Source: Monocercomonoides exilis PA203 (Eukaryota > Protista > Preaxostyla). Taken from it: 64,000 bases of DNA. A program made the translations under genes and the position numbers. Below are positions 24,581-37,377 of this stretch, one piece after another (position 1 is the first letter of the stretch; each line of letters opens with the position of its first letter). Location of the stretch: the NCBI GenBank assembly GCA_001643675.2, contig LSRY02000025.1:1-64000 (forward strand). Reading direction: 5' to 3'. Under the pieces are notes generated by a model, which worked only from the letters and a program-made list of their open reading frames with translations, had not been told where the DNA came from and did not search any database.

Positions 24581-25254
24581 CGAAAATTGATATGAACTGT
24601 GTATTTTCTTGAGCAACAAGCCAAGAATGGCTTCAAAAAGATATCTGTCACTGTCCTTTCGGTTTGCAGAAATCAAAAATTAAAGAAATAACTCAAAATT
24701 GTTGGATGTGCATTTCTTTCTTTCAAGCGTATTTCTTTGGTTTCTTGTGAAATTTCCACAGAGAAAACCGAATTTTGAATAAATGAAACATTTTGCAAAT
24801 CACTGAAGAAATTCACAATTTGCATGCGCACAAATCAATAGAGCAATGGCATTCATCGAAACTTGAAAGTTATGTATTTTTGTGAAAATTTTGTTTCCTT
24901 TATATAATCGTTTTTGTTTTGCCTAATCATAATAAATACAAAAGACACATCAAAATGATTTTGGCAAGCTGGTTTTTGTGTAATAAAAAACATTTTTCAC
25001 AAAAATAACTTTTCAAAGTCCTCTCATGTTCTATTCCCTTAAGGGTGTGCTTATGAAATATTCAGTTAATTATTTATTGGTTAATATAAATCTCTGATTG
25101 AAGAACGAAAATCTGAAGCTCGAATTTTTTCCATTTTTTCGATATTTAATGTCATACGCATTTTTGAGGAAAATCAAAGCAAAATAAACGAAAGAAAGAA
25201 GAAGAAACGATAAAAAGAAAGAAAAAAATTAGCGCCCATAATTAATTAAATAGA

Positions 25255-26564
25255 ATGAGCAATCTTATTGATCCTCTGATTACCCCGTATTTGAAGGATA
25301 AAATGTCTATGCTTGTGGTGGGAGACGTTCATGAAAATAGTACTCGGTTCGTAGAACTATGCACATGGCTGAAAGATCATAATGCACGGTATCCTAAAAG
25401 ATCTTTTTTAATTGTTCATTTTCTATTTTTACTGGGTGAATTTTTGTTGTCCACAGATATGATGTGATTGCCTGCACAGGAGACTTTGCGAATTATGATT
25501 TTGCTCACCCGTTGAAAAACAAGGAAGATCCACGAGAAGTGGAAGATCGCACAAAGGCAAAGCTGGCAGAGCTCACTGAATATGCGCAATGTGTTGTTTT
25601 TGTACCCGGAAATCACGAAGCCCCTCGGTATTATTCGGAGCATTCGGAGCTGCTTCCAGAGCGAGTGATTTATCTTCATGGGAAAGCCGTTAAGCTGTGC
25701 GAAGGGCTGATTCTGGCAGGCGCTGGAGGTTGTCCGCCAGGGTACATGGAAGGCGATCCAGTTATCAGTGGCGTACCGTTCACTTCGGACAGGCAAATGG
25801 GTGCATTTCTGGCCGAGTCATTTGCTGATCTTGTTTCCTTGATAAATAGGCAAAACGAGCCCAATCAAGAATCTGCTTCATCTTCATCCGCCCCTTCACC
25901 TGATTCCTCCGCCGAATCTTCTGTGAAAGTGCAGCATTCATCTTCGAACGAGCTGAATGTGAAAGATTCTGTTGTGTTTGTGACGCACGTGGGGCCACTG
26001 CACTCAGCTACATCGTTTGGAATCAAACATAAGACAAAGCGAACGACCACAGGGTCCTTGAGCCTTTCGCAGTTTTTACTGTGCAAAAAACATTCTGCGC
26101 TTTATTCGCGCACAGCGCTGCTTGTGCATGGGCACTCACACTTTGGAACAGGATTTATGAAGTCGCAAATTGTTCACAAGGCATTGGAGCGTATTTCGAG
26201 GAAAGAAGGGTGGAAGGAAAGAGAGCAAGAATCAGAACGCAGAGGAAGTGAAAGCGAGGATGATAAAATGAAAGGTATTGCTACGGCTTATGAAGAGCTT
26301 GAGGGTAGCTACAAGGAGAATAAGGGATGCGAAAAAGGAGCGTTCAAAGAGAAGAGGGAGGAAATAATGGATGGAGCAGATAAAAGCATCAAAGAAGAAA
26401 AAGGCGAAGAAGAAGAGGAGGAAGAACTTGTTGGGCCATTGCCTCCGATTTTTAACCCAGGGGCACTGACTTACGGAAAATTTGGGAGTGTTGTGCTGCG
26501 ACGTGAAGAAAGCGGTTGGAAAATAGAAACAATAACACTGCTAAATCTTCCTTTAGCATTGTGA
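25255..26564 (+). CDS. Calcineurin-like metallophosphoesterase; join(25255-25388,25457-26564)
   Basis: All five metal-binding motifs are present: GDVH, TGD, PGNHE, THVGP and HGHSH, plus C-terminal FNPGAL. Intron GTATCC...CAG (25389-25456) joins the two ORFs in frame. Confidence 0.9.
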
Positions 26565-26869
26565 TAGGATTATTATATTTTTCTGTTTTGCTGATTTTCT
26601 TTTCTTTTTCTTTTCCTATTTTTATGTGTTTTGATTTTTTGTTGCGTTTGTTCGATGAATTGTGAATAAAACTTTTTTATTCAAATAATCAAGTTGATTA
26701 AATTTAATTTAAGTGATTAGAATAAACGATGTGTAGGTATGGAATAAGCACGACTTTTTTTTTAAGCATAGCCATGTTTTTCAAGTCTGTCTATGGCTTT
26801 ACACCAGTTTGCGATCGTAAAAAGACATCAAGAAATATTTGTTTTTATTTTTTGTATTTATTTGGGGAA

Positions 26870-27840
26870 AAATCTTTTTTATTTGGCTGATCCTTTTTGA
26901 AATGGGACGAAATTTTTTGCTTTCTTATTTTTGTTCCATTCTACTCTAACAAATATTTTTTCTTAAATTTTGAATTATTCCATATTTTTTTGGCATAGAA
27001 ATGAAAGACTAACAATGATAAGGTTGGAGAAAAAGTTTGGAACAAATCGTTGTTTTTTTCATAAATAAAAAAATATTTCCCCAAATCATACTTTCGTTCG
27101 AGTTTTGATCAAAAAAATTTCTTAAAGGAATTTTGAAAAATTGAACTAAAACTGTTAATACACGTTGTTCATGATGTTGTTATTACAGAAACAAAATTTT
27201 AACAAAAACCCCATTGAGATTAAAATTTTGATCAAAACTCGAACGAAAGTATGATTTCAAAAAGGATCAGACATTTTTGCTTATTTAATTTTCAGATCTT
27301 AGAAATTTTTAATTAATTTTGAGATCGTAAGGTTGCTTATTTTCCTGTTGATTTTTTTTATTAAAAGTTTTGGAAATAACCTGCAAGTTCAACGCTATGA
27401 AAAATCATTAAATAGGCTGAAATTTTTTTGCTTTCAAAATTTTGTTCGATTCAACATTTTTGAATCTTTTTCGTTATTCAAAAATTTCAATATTTTTATT
27501 TTTATTTTAATTTTTTCATAATAATGAAAGACTTACAATGAAATGAAAGCAAAATAAATAAATTAATAAAAATAAAAGGTTTGGAACAAATCATTGCTTT
27601 TTTCAAAGAAGCTAAAATTTAACCGTATATGCAATTTTTTCATAATTGTGTTGCAGGATCAGATTTTTATTACTACCCAGTTTTTTATATGATCCCAAAT
27701 TCTAATCCAACATTGCTTCAAACAGAAACTTATAAATATGGATCGAAATTTTGTGCCTTATGCATTTTGTTCCATTCAATATTAACAAATATTTTTCTAA
27801 AATTTTATTATTTTTCGTATCATTTTTGCACTTAAATCAA
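26870..27840. repeat. Degenerate direct repeats in intergenic DNA
   Basis: ~26905-26995 resembles ~27745-27830 (CGAAATTTT...TTTTGTTCCATTC...TAACAAATATTTTT). ~26999-27060 resembles ~27523-27604 (AATGAAAGACT.ACAATGA...GTTTGGAACAAATC). Confidence 0.6.
27083..27257. repeat. 32-bp perfect inverted repeat, MITE-like
   Basis: AAATCATACTTTCGTTCGAGTTTTGATCAAAA (27083-27114) and its exact reverse complement (27226-27257). No clear TSD. Confidence 0.75.
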
Positions 27841-28007
27841 ATTCTAATTATGATACGACAACATAAATAGTCTGGAATAAAACGAAGATTTTCTCATGAA
27901 TGCAAAATTTTTATTTCATTTCAAATATAATTTTTTTTAACAAATGTTCATTATTACAAGACTGAATGTTTAATGTTTTTCAAAATTGAATTTCGAAAAT
28001 AAAGATA

Positions 28008-28365
28008 CAGATTGTGCAAAAAATACCGGACAAGACCGATTTCTCAATAACCACTTAAAGAGAAAATCTGATAATTTTCTTCAAAATACATCTCATTGAT
28101 ACAAACTCACGTGACAAACAAGACTTTGAGGACAGCTTCGCTAGTGCTCAGAAAAAATCATTATTGAAGTTTCGGAGAAACATAAATTCCTATTTTTCCG
28201 ATGTTTTTGCAATAATTTTTTCTGAGCACAAATGAAGCTGTTTCGAAAGTCTTGTTTGTCACGTGAGTTTGTATCAATGAGATGTATTTTGAGGAAAATT
28301 ATCAGATTTTCTCTTTAAGTGGTTATTGAGAAATCGATCTTGTCCGGTATTTTTTACACAATCTG
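28008..28365. mobile_element. Foldback MITE (~358 bp), TA-flanked
   Basis: TA|CAGATTGTGCAAAAAATACCGGACAAG ... CTTGTCCGGTATTTTTTACACAATCTG|TA. Arms pair almost perfectly for ~115 bp and imperfectly to near the centre. Non-coding. Confidence 0.82.
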
Positions 28366-28868
28366 TATGTTTTTTTCTTTCTTTTCTTTTTTTTTAAAGT
28401 TTCTTTTTTTGATTAATTATTTGCTCATGTTTCCACAAGCTTGTACTGTTGCGAGTTCAACTTGTCAGTATTGCTTTTTATCTTTCCTTTCTAATTTTTT
28501 CTATTATTTCTAAACTTAAGAAACTCATTTTCTTTCTGTTGTTTTGATACCTAATAATTTTTCAAAACTCAAATATTCATCAAATAAATATATATTTTGG
28601 GGAAGATATGAACTTTCAAGCTTTTTTTGCACGAAGCATGAAATATTTGTTTAGCTCATAACTTTATAAAATATTATCAGATTTCATTATAAATTGGATT
28701 TTCATATCTGTTAACAGGCATCATTGAAATCATAACATAAAGAAAAGAGACATTTCGCGTATGTCAAAAAATGTACACATTTTTATTGTGTTTTTTGATC
28801 ACAAAAAGTTCATCCACAGTTCATAGTTTTTCAATGAAAATACCTGAAGTGTATAATTTTACACCATA

Positions 28869-29123
28869 TGGGTTATTCTTTTTGAAAAGTCACAAATGTT
28901 TAATATCTGGGTTAAACAAAAAATGAACTCATTTGACCATTTTTGTAAACAAATCCATCAAACGTAATCATTATGCAAATTAAAATACGCAGACCTATTT
29001 GATGCTGGAATAAGTGCATAATGGAGAAATTCATTGGATTTATTTTCTAAAACGATCAAATAAGTTCCTTTTTTATTTCACCCAGATATTAAACATTTGT
29101 GACTTTTCAAAAAGAATAACCCA
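28869..29123. mobile_element. MITE (~255 bp), TA-flanked
   Basis: TA|TGGGTTATTCTTTTTGAAAAGTCACAAATGTTTAATATCTGGGT ... ACCCAGATATTAAACATTTGTGACTTTTCAAAAAGAATAACCCA|TA. About 44 bp perfect TIR with an imperfect extension. Confidence 0.8.
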
Positions 29124-29577
29124 TATAATAAAATCATGTTTTAAATACGAATGAATAAGAAGTATTATGCGACTTTTTCTGGAAAATTGCACATTTCAAC
29201 CAGCAAAAACTTTTTATAAATTCGATTTATCGAAACTGTTTCATTAATTGGAAATGCTAAATTTTTGAAGAAAGAAAGAAAGAAAGAAAATAACTCTCCA
29301 AGAAAGTGATTTATTCCGAGCAATAATGTTTTGTTTTTGGTGAACAAAGCTTTCACGGAAATCTTGGGCTTGATTTGTTCCAAATTCCACTTTTCCTGAG
29401 CAAATGCAACTTATTCGTTATGAATTCATTTTTCCAAATGATCCATCCTTTTCGTCAAATATCCAACATGATAATTTCATAATGAAAAAATAAACGTTTG
29501 CGTGCGAATAATGATCTTTGCATAATTAGCATGAAAGGTTTTCTCTTTTTCTGTGGAAATAATTATTTATAAAGACA

Positions 29578-32500
29578 ATGGACAAATCTATCCAAACAAA
29601 CAAAAGCAAAGGAAAAGAAGCATATGCGTATTTTCGCTTTTATCTGCTCCAAAGTTGGAGGGAGATGAAACGCAACAAATGTAGTTTTTGTTGGGGCATT
29701 TTAGGGTTTGTTGTGATTTAATGCTTGTTTTTTGATATCGCGTTTGCGTTTGAAAGATGCTTTCTTGTGAGCTTAATTATACCGATTGTGTTGGGCTTGG
29801 CTACAAAGCTCCCTGAATTAAATTATTCAATAAACATTCCATCTTATACTACTCCTGACATGCTTATTGCACCAAAACCTCAAACGGACGCCATGGGATT
29901 GAATTTCACACATGCAAAAGAAATACTCGATCCTCTTGGAAAAGAAGTTTGGCGTTATTGATAATTTGCATCAAAAAGCAGAAATATTAAAATTGAAAAG
30001 TTTTCCATGTGTTCGCCTCGCATAAAAGATTTCTTGCAAATAAGCCACAACGGAGTTGGAGACACTTGTAATTTTATGGCAATCAACAGCAGATTTGAGG
30101 TTTCGACTTTTTTTCCACTCTCAATAAAAATAAAATGAATTTCTTTCTTTTTTTTCTTCTTCTTATTCCTCTCATGATTCATGCACGGCATTTAAATGTG
30201 GTTGTTATTATGCTCACTTACTATGGATTTCCGTGGCTCAGAAGCAATATGACATTGGCTGGAGATGGAATCTTGATGCAATTCCAAAAGGGAAAGTTGT
30301 TTTTGACGGGCCTATTTATAACTCTCTTTTAATGAAGCCTGGAGACACCATAAAAGTCAACATGAACATCTCGAGGATTTCTCCAATAGCATTTGATGTG
30401 GTAAAGAAATATTCTCCAGGCAATCTGAAAGACATTGCGAAGTTGCTGGGGAAATTGACCGTTCCATTTGAACTGGCTGAGGTTTGAAATGAAATATCAG
30501 AGACTATTTCAAGAAATCTATTTTGTGGCAACACGTTTATTTATGTTGCATTTTGAAACAAAAATGCCTTTCCATTTATGAACATGTTTATGATTTGTTT
30601 CGCTTGCTTCGTTCATTTGATTCATATTATTGTTGCTTTGAAGGTTCATGACAGCATTGACCAGACAAGTGCTTCAGCGAAAATTGTTGCAGAATTCGAT
30701 TCCGTTTGGGAGCATGTGTGATATTTTGGCATTGATCATATTTGCGATTTTAATGATTTTTGGCATATTGTTTTATGACAAATATTTCTTTCTTTCTTTC
30801 TTTCTTTTGTTGTTGTTATTGCTGCTGCTGCTGCTGCTGATGATGACAACGATACTGTTTTTTGGCCATTCATGCTTTTTTTTTATTCTGTGTGCAATGC
30901 CTCAGATTGTTGACAACTTTCCGCTTTCTGTCTTGGATGTTGTTGCAAAAGAACATTTTCTGGAGGCAAATCTGAGTGACTATGCTTCTCAAATGGCATG
31001 CACGTGCCAGCTGCCGAGAAACAAGACTTATTTGCATGCAGACAGTTCGATGGTTCAACGGTTTGCTTGGATTTGTGTGCAGCTGTCGCAATAATGAATT
31101 AATTCTCATTTTTCTGGGGGGACGAAATGCATATTCATTTCTCAATTGGTGCTTCTTTTCATTTGCGAAAACAAATGAATGATGACATAAATACATTTAC
31201 TATATTTATATGTGTATTCACATTAATTGAATGAATTTCCTTCTGCTTTGCTTCGTTAAGAAAGCTGAATTTGTGGTCAACGGGGGTGCTTTTTGCATTG
31301 GGATCGGTGGAGCTCGATGCCTCGCTGCCGATGGCGCCCGAGAGCGACGCGATGTTCGAAAGCCTGCTGCTGCTGCTGATGGGGGTGCTGGTGGTTGTGC
31401 TGCTGGGGGTCACAGTGCTGATTATCTACTCGCAGATCCAGCGGTCTGTCGACGGGAGAGCATATGAGCTGGGGCTGATGCGGGTGCACGGGATGGGGCG
31501 GTGTGGGGTGGTGATGCTTGTTGTGATGCAAGGGCTGATGTATGCGGTGCCGGGGATTGTTGTTGGGGTTGCTGGAGCGCAGGGGATAAATGCAGTTCTG
31601 GTGGGTGCCATCACGAAGAACCGAGGCATTGAATTGGGGGTGGCGCTTCCAGCGTGGTCGGTGGTTGTGACGATCTTGGTTGTGCTGGGAGCGACTCTTG
31701 TGGCCTCGTTCTTCCCGATCCGCACAGCGCTGTCGGCGAATCTGCATGACTCGATTGATGTGCAGCACACAAACGCGTCAGCTGTTCTTGTCACCATCGA
31801 GCGGAGTGACTCGGTGCATCCGTCGTATGCTCTGCTTGTGGATGGCGCGATTCTGGTGGTGATTGGCGGGTGTGTGTATGTGTTCTTCCCTCTTTCGCTG
31901 GAGTCTGGGAACGTGGCGATGCTGGTGGTTGTGCTGATTGGGCTGATGATATGCATCATGGTTGCGCTGGTGCTGCTGTGTGTGAACTTCGAGTATGTGT
32001 TTGAGGCGGTTGTGTGCACGGTGTTTCTCTTCTGGGAGAAGTCGGCAGTGAAGAAGATGGCGCTGAAGAACCTGAGTCTGCACAGGCTGAGGAACCGGGG
32101 GACGACAGTGATGTTTGCGCTGATCCTGTGCTTTGTGTTTTTCATGGATGTGATTGCGAACACAGTTTTGAGTGCGATCAAGGCGTCGGGGTATCAGCAG
32201 TATGGGTGCGACTTGGATGTGCGGCCTCTGGCGTATGCGTCCACGTTCCCCTTTGAGAAGTACGAGAACTGGAATGGCTCAGTGTTTTTCCCACCGCCGC
32301 TGTTCCACCGCAATGTGACGTCGCGTGGGTTCCGAATGGAGAACTTGGAGAGCATCCAGAAAGTGCTGGATGAGTACAGCGATGTGGTTGAGTCGTATGC
32401 GTTTGCGAGCTGCTTGCTTGCTGGGCAGCAGCGGGGCGGCGGGGCTTCGGTGCTGCTGACGAACCGCGGGAGAACGCACCAGGAGGAATATGAGCTGATT

Positions 32501-33866
32501 GCGCTCTCGCCGAACTTCAGGGCGGCGACCGACGAAGCGCACGTGGCATGTGGATGGGTCGCTGAATGATCGAAAGAGGATGGGCGGGGACGATATTGTG
32601 CGGCAGATGTATGCAAACTACTTTGAAGCGCCGATTGGTGTTGTGTCGAAGGCGTTTGGGAAGGCGATGCAAGCGAAGTTGGGGGACAGATATGTGCTGG
32701 CGAAGAATCTCAGCGCGGATGCCTCAGTGTACTTGCCGTTTTACTCGAACACGCTGTTCAGCGAGAGCGATCTGTCGAAGAACAAGAGAGATGCTGAAAG
32801 CACAGCAGGGCACACAAATCTTGCTCCGCTGTCAGCGATATTCAAAAACATCACGATTGGGGCGTTTGTCAGAGCCATTCCGTTTGTTGTATCTGAGGTC
32901 AAAGACGGCTATGGGGTTGCCCAGCTCCCCGTTTCTGTTCCGCTGCTGTGTGAGACCGTGTCAGACATTGGCGGTGTTTTCTCATCATCGGCATTTGACG
33001 ACTTGTGCATCTCAGACGTAAAAGTGAAGTACAAGAAAGGGGCACATGCCTCGAGGACTGAGGACTTGGAGAGGTCAGTCAGATACGCAAAAGTCAACGA
33101 CTCCGATGGCTGTGCCTGGGCTTCTTCATCCTCTTCAAAATATGATGGCTCCAGTGAGCATTCTTCAGAGTCCCCATCTTTCCAGAGCAATCGCAAGCCA
33201 GAGGGAAATGGTTGGAAGAACTCTGAACTGGAGGGGTTGCAGCCGAACAGAGAGATGGAAAGTGGCGGCAGATCTTCCGTTGATGAAGCAAGAAGAATCG
33301 ATTTTATTCCTTGGCAACATGGCAGGGAGCCACTGATGAACCCCCATTCCGATCCATTGGCTTCGCTGATGGTTGCTGGTGCTGGGGAGAGCAACTACAC
33401 GATCTCTTATGTTTGGACAAAGCGAGAGTTCGACCAGACGTATGCGACGTTTGAGGTGGTGATGCGTGTGGTGTTTGTTGTGGCGGCGCTTCTTTTGAGC
33501 TTCGTTGGGGAGTGCTCGCTGGTGGCAGCGATGTCGTGGAACGTGCTGTCGTCGAAGAAGGAGTACGGGATGATGCGAGCGATGGGCATGGGGCAGTTTG
33601 AGGTGCGGCGGGTGTTTGTGGAAGAGGCGTTTGTGCTGGTGATGGGAGCAGCTGTGATGGGGGTGGTCTGCGGGATGGCGGTGTCGTACATGATGTCTTC
33701 GGAGGTGGTGCAGCTGCTGTCGACTGGGCTGCCTGCTTTCTATTTTCCGTATGCCACTCTGATTGCGCTGGTGTTTATTGCGATGCTGCTGGGCTACCTG
33801 GCAACTGCCGGTCCGTTGTCTTATCTGAGGCACATGGAGATTGCAGACTGCATGAGGTCGCTGTGA
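29578..33866 (+). CDS. FtsX/MacB-type permease with two FtsX domains; join(29578-29705,29757-29946,30001-30099,30242-30481,30644-30715,30906-31060,31261-33866), +1 frameshift near 32546
   Basis: Six GT-AG introns join all exons in frame. FtsX signatures RAYELGLMRVHGM and KKEYGMMRAMGM..FEVRRVFVEEA are each followed by TM helices. MALKNLSLHRLRN starts the second half. One extra base separates ORFs 31271 and 32499. Confidence 0.85.
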
Positions 33867-35861
33867 GATTTGGGCAGATGGAGCAGCAAGTGTTTGTCAG
33901 ACGGTATTTTATGAGCTCCGAAAAAACATCCTGTAAAATGCAGTGTTTTGTTTGCACAAATATTTTGCTTGTGCCAATTCCTAGGCATAGAAAATTATCT
34001 TCATTTTTTATTTTGTATGTGTATGTGTGTTTGTCTCTTTTTTTGAAGTTTTATTGTCAATATTTTGATTGTTAGGAGGTCTGTTCTGTTAAATTAGATT
34101 CTTTATGTTTTTTTAATGTTTATGTATTTAATTACAAAAGAAGTATTTTTTTTCCATCTGTTTCTGTTCATGATTATTTTCTGGAGAGCATTTCCCCAGA
34201 TTTATAAATTGAAAATATGCATTTTTTGTCTTTTTTTTTGTTTTTTTGTTTCATTGTGGTTAGAATATCGTCTTTGTTTTTCTTTGTTTTGTGTTTGTTT
34301 GATGGCTTATTATTTTATTTGTGGAATGTTGTGTTGAAAGATTATTTTTTTGTTTCTTTTGTTTCTTTTACTTGTTGATGTGTTTTTGTCTTCATCAAAA
34401 CGCTGTAATATCTCCAAAGATGAAGAATGTTTAACTTTTTCTCATTTCTGTTATTTTCAAGTGTTTCAATTGCTTGTTTGTGTTTTTGCAATCCAATTGA
34501 TTTTTTGAGTGTGTGTGGAGTGAAAGACTTTGAAACAACAAACATGCTATCATCATCACAAGATGGTTCACAATCCATTGAGAGCTATTTATGCTGAGAG
34601 CAAAGATCTTGTTCTGATTGAATGGTCACTTTCAGCATGTTCCATTCATTTTGAGGATTGTTCCAGAAGAGATTTGAAAGATGCAATTGGAACAACGGTT
34701 GATGATTAACTTTCTTTCTCAAGCCTTTTCATGAATCTGAAAAACGTTCACATTCCTCAAAAAGAAAGGAATGGATGAAGCAATCACCCCAATTTTGGTG
34801 ATGAAAGCTTTGCGGTTGATGGTGATTGCTGTGTTTTGGTATTCACAATTTCACCAAATGAAGAATTCAATCATTTGAATGTGAGCACATGCAAAAATAA
34901 GGTTCAATACATCATCTGATGTTTATTCCCCCTCTTTTCAGCAGAAGCAACTTCTCTTTGCTGAAAATGGAGAATGTTTGAATAACACTTCAAAAAACAT
35001 CCATTGAAGAAGAACAGTTGGGTTGTTGAAACAGTGAGTATTGAACTTGAAAAAAAGGAAGCAAAACATCTTTGAGAACAAACAGATTCCATTTGCTTTG
35101 TTCCCTTTTGTTTCATAAGGTTTGAAACAGTGACAGAAATAGCACTTGCATTGTTTTTTCAAAACATTCCTCAAAGTCTCATTCCTGTCCTGACCATCGC
35201 AAGAGAAAAAGAAATGTTCAACATGGAATGCTATTTATCTCCTTTTCAAATGTCTTCCGCTGCTTCTTTCTCCTTCTGCCTTCCCACCCTCCCCTCACAA
35301 AAAGTCAAATTTCATTCGTGTCAATCACTTTTCTTGTTTGAAAAGAACGACTTCTCATTTAATTTCGAACTTTCAGACTTCCTTTCAATTGTCTGCATTC
35401 TCCTTTTTTCCCTTCTTCCAATCACTTTTCAAATTTATTTTGTTTATTTTATGTATTTGTTGTTTGCAACCAAAATATGAATGTCGTTTTCCCTGAGCCA
35501 TTCATTTCCAAAAATCGTTCCAAAAAAAAAGATATTTCGATTCTTCTCCGTCATTGTCTGTCACCATCACTGGCAATTTAATAACAAATATTATGCTGGA
35601 TAGATTCGCTTGTAGTTCTCTTGTTTTACAAAAATATTCGGTTTTTCCAAAATCGAATTTGATCAAATCATCCATAAGAGCAAACTTGAAGAAGATAAAG
35701 CGTTGTTTATCTCAATATTCGCTTGATTAAAATATCAATTCAAAGACGGATGGTATGAAAACTTTATATATAATACTTTCTTTGGAGTTTAAATAGTCAT
35801 TGTCTCTTTCCTGTTATGATTCATTTTCTGTTTGAATGATAAAAAATACTACGTTTTCTGA

Positions 35862-37377
35862 ATGCAACATAAATTCAAATATCAGGACATTGACATCTCT
35901 GAAAAGTTCTCTCGTTTGTGTACGGCATCGTGTTTTGATTCCAAATGATCGAATTATTTCTATTTTTTTTATTTTGAAGGATTAATTCATGAACTGGAGG
36001 ATCGTGGGGAGAAAGAGCAGATTCAGAAAATTGAAGAAATCGACAGATTGATGGAAGGAATGGACAAAGAAAAGTTGGATTCTGCTTTCAAAGAACAATT
36101 GTTCAGCAGAATGGACAAAATGATTGAAGAAAAGAAAATGTCATTGGAAAACACGATTGCATTGCTGAAGCACATGGGATATTGGAAAGTGCTGAATTAT
36201 TCCATAAGCTATGATTTTATTTATTCTTCGTTGGGCAAAAGGTTTGAGAGGTTGATTGTTGAAGAAGAAAAGAAGAAAGAAGAAGAGAGAAATGAAAAGT
36301 TTCTGGTTGATCTTTGCGAATGCTGCATGATGCTGTGCGATGGTTATGTTTCAGAGGAATTGCTTTCGATTTGCATGTCTTGTGTTCTGCAAGTTGCATT
36401 GAGGAAAAAGGAGAAAAATGAGGAGACTCAAAAAGAAGTGGAAATGGCTTTACTTGGATTGAGCGACATTAGAAAACATTATGCATGAGCTTCATTCTTC
36501 CTTTTTTGTTTCATATTTTTATATATTTTTTTAAATCATGAAGCATATTGATAAAGAATTGTATCTGAGGCGGATGACAGAAATCATGAAGTGCCATCAC
36601 GAAAACCGCAACCTGACCAAACTCGCATGCCAATCGGCTTGGCTGTTTTTGATAGGCAGATTGGTTTTCGACAAGTGTCCGAAGAGCATCATTGTGAATG
36701 AATTGCATTTTGTGGGAGAAGCAACAAGAGAGCTGGAAGAGCTGATGAAATGTGTGGATTGGAAGAGAAAGGAAGAAGAGGAGGAGGATGAAAAAAGAAA
36801 AGAAACGAAAGAAACGATTATTTTGGACAGATGGCTCAATTTATTGAATTTTTATTCTCTGAAAGTCCAAATGCAGAACGATGAATGCAACAAACTGACG
36901 AGATGCATCATTGGTCTGTGTGGAGCAGCAAAGGGCAGCCACAGAAGAATATTCAGGAAATGCCTCACATTTTTGTTTCATATCATTTTGCATGAAGCAG
37001 AATCTTCTGATTGCTTCCTGTGCGAAGAGGCTGTAGATTTCATTTTGGAGGAAATGCATCAGCCAACAATTAACGATGAGCTTTTAACGCGCGGCAGAAG
37101 TGTTTTTTATCACCTTTCTCGAATATTGAGCAGAAAAAAAGAAAAAAAGAATAGCTTGACTTGGTATGTTTGGTTTGCCTGGAGCTGGCTGAATGGAAAG
37201 GAGAAAAAAGAAAGCGAAAAAGCAAAGAAGAAAATGATGCTTTTCCGAAAGGTGCATGAGAAGACGGAAGAAGAAGGATATGAAGATATTATTGTCAGCT
37301 TCAGGAAAGTTGCTTTGGGGGGTGCTCGTGTGTGGGGATTTTCAAATGATCTCAGCAATTATCTTATTCTTCTTTGA
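35862..37377 (+). CDS. Lineage-specific alpha-helical family protein; join(35862-35913,35980-36482,36544-37377)
   Basis: Motifs QKEVEMALL, NLTKLACQSAW and NELHFVGEA are shared with the paralogue at 47.7-48.2 kb. Intron 1 is GT-AG and intron 2 is GC-AG; both restore frame. Confidence 0.8.

Larger units (their letters stand above)
1..24642. repeat. Giant inverted duplication: left arm 1..~12250, right arm ~12320..24642, degenerate centre
   Basis: Position 1 ATCTTTTGAAGCCATTCTTGG is the reverse complement of 24621-24642, apart from one homopolymer base. The ORFs in 1-12200 have mirror ORFs in 12400-24640 (e.g. 6447..7439+ and 17154..18146- are identical 330-aa products). Differences are mainly 1-nt homopolymer indels. 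Confidence 0.97.

Noticed and set aside
31271-33866. Two adjacent permease genes (432 aa and 455 aa)
   Set aside because: The ORFs overlap and join with removal of one base near 32546, giving a standard two-FtsX architecture.
34340-35230. Possible degraded gene on the minus strand
   Set aside because: Only short ORFs with no recognisable motif or consistent exon chain.
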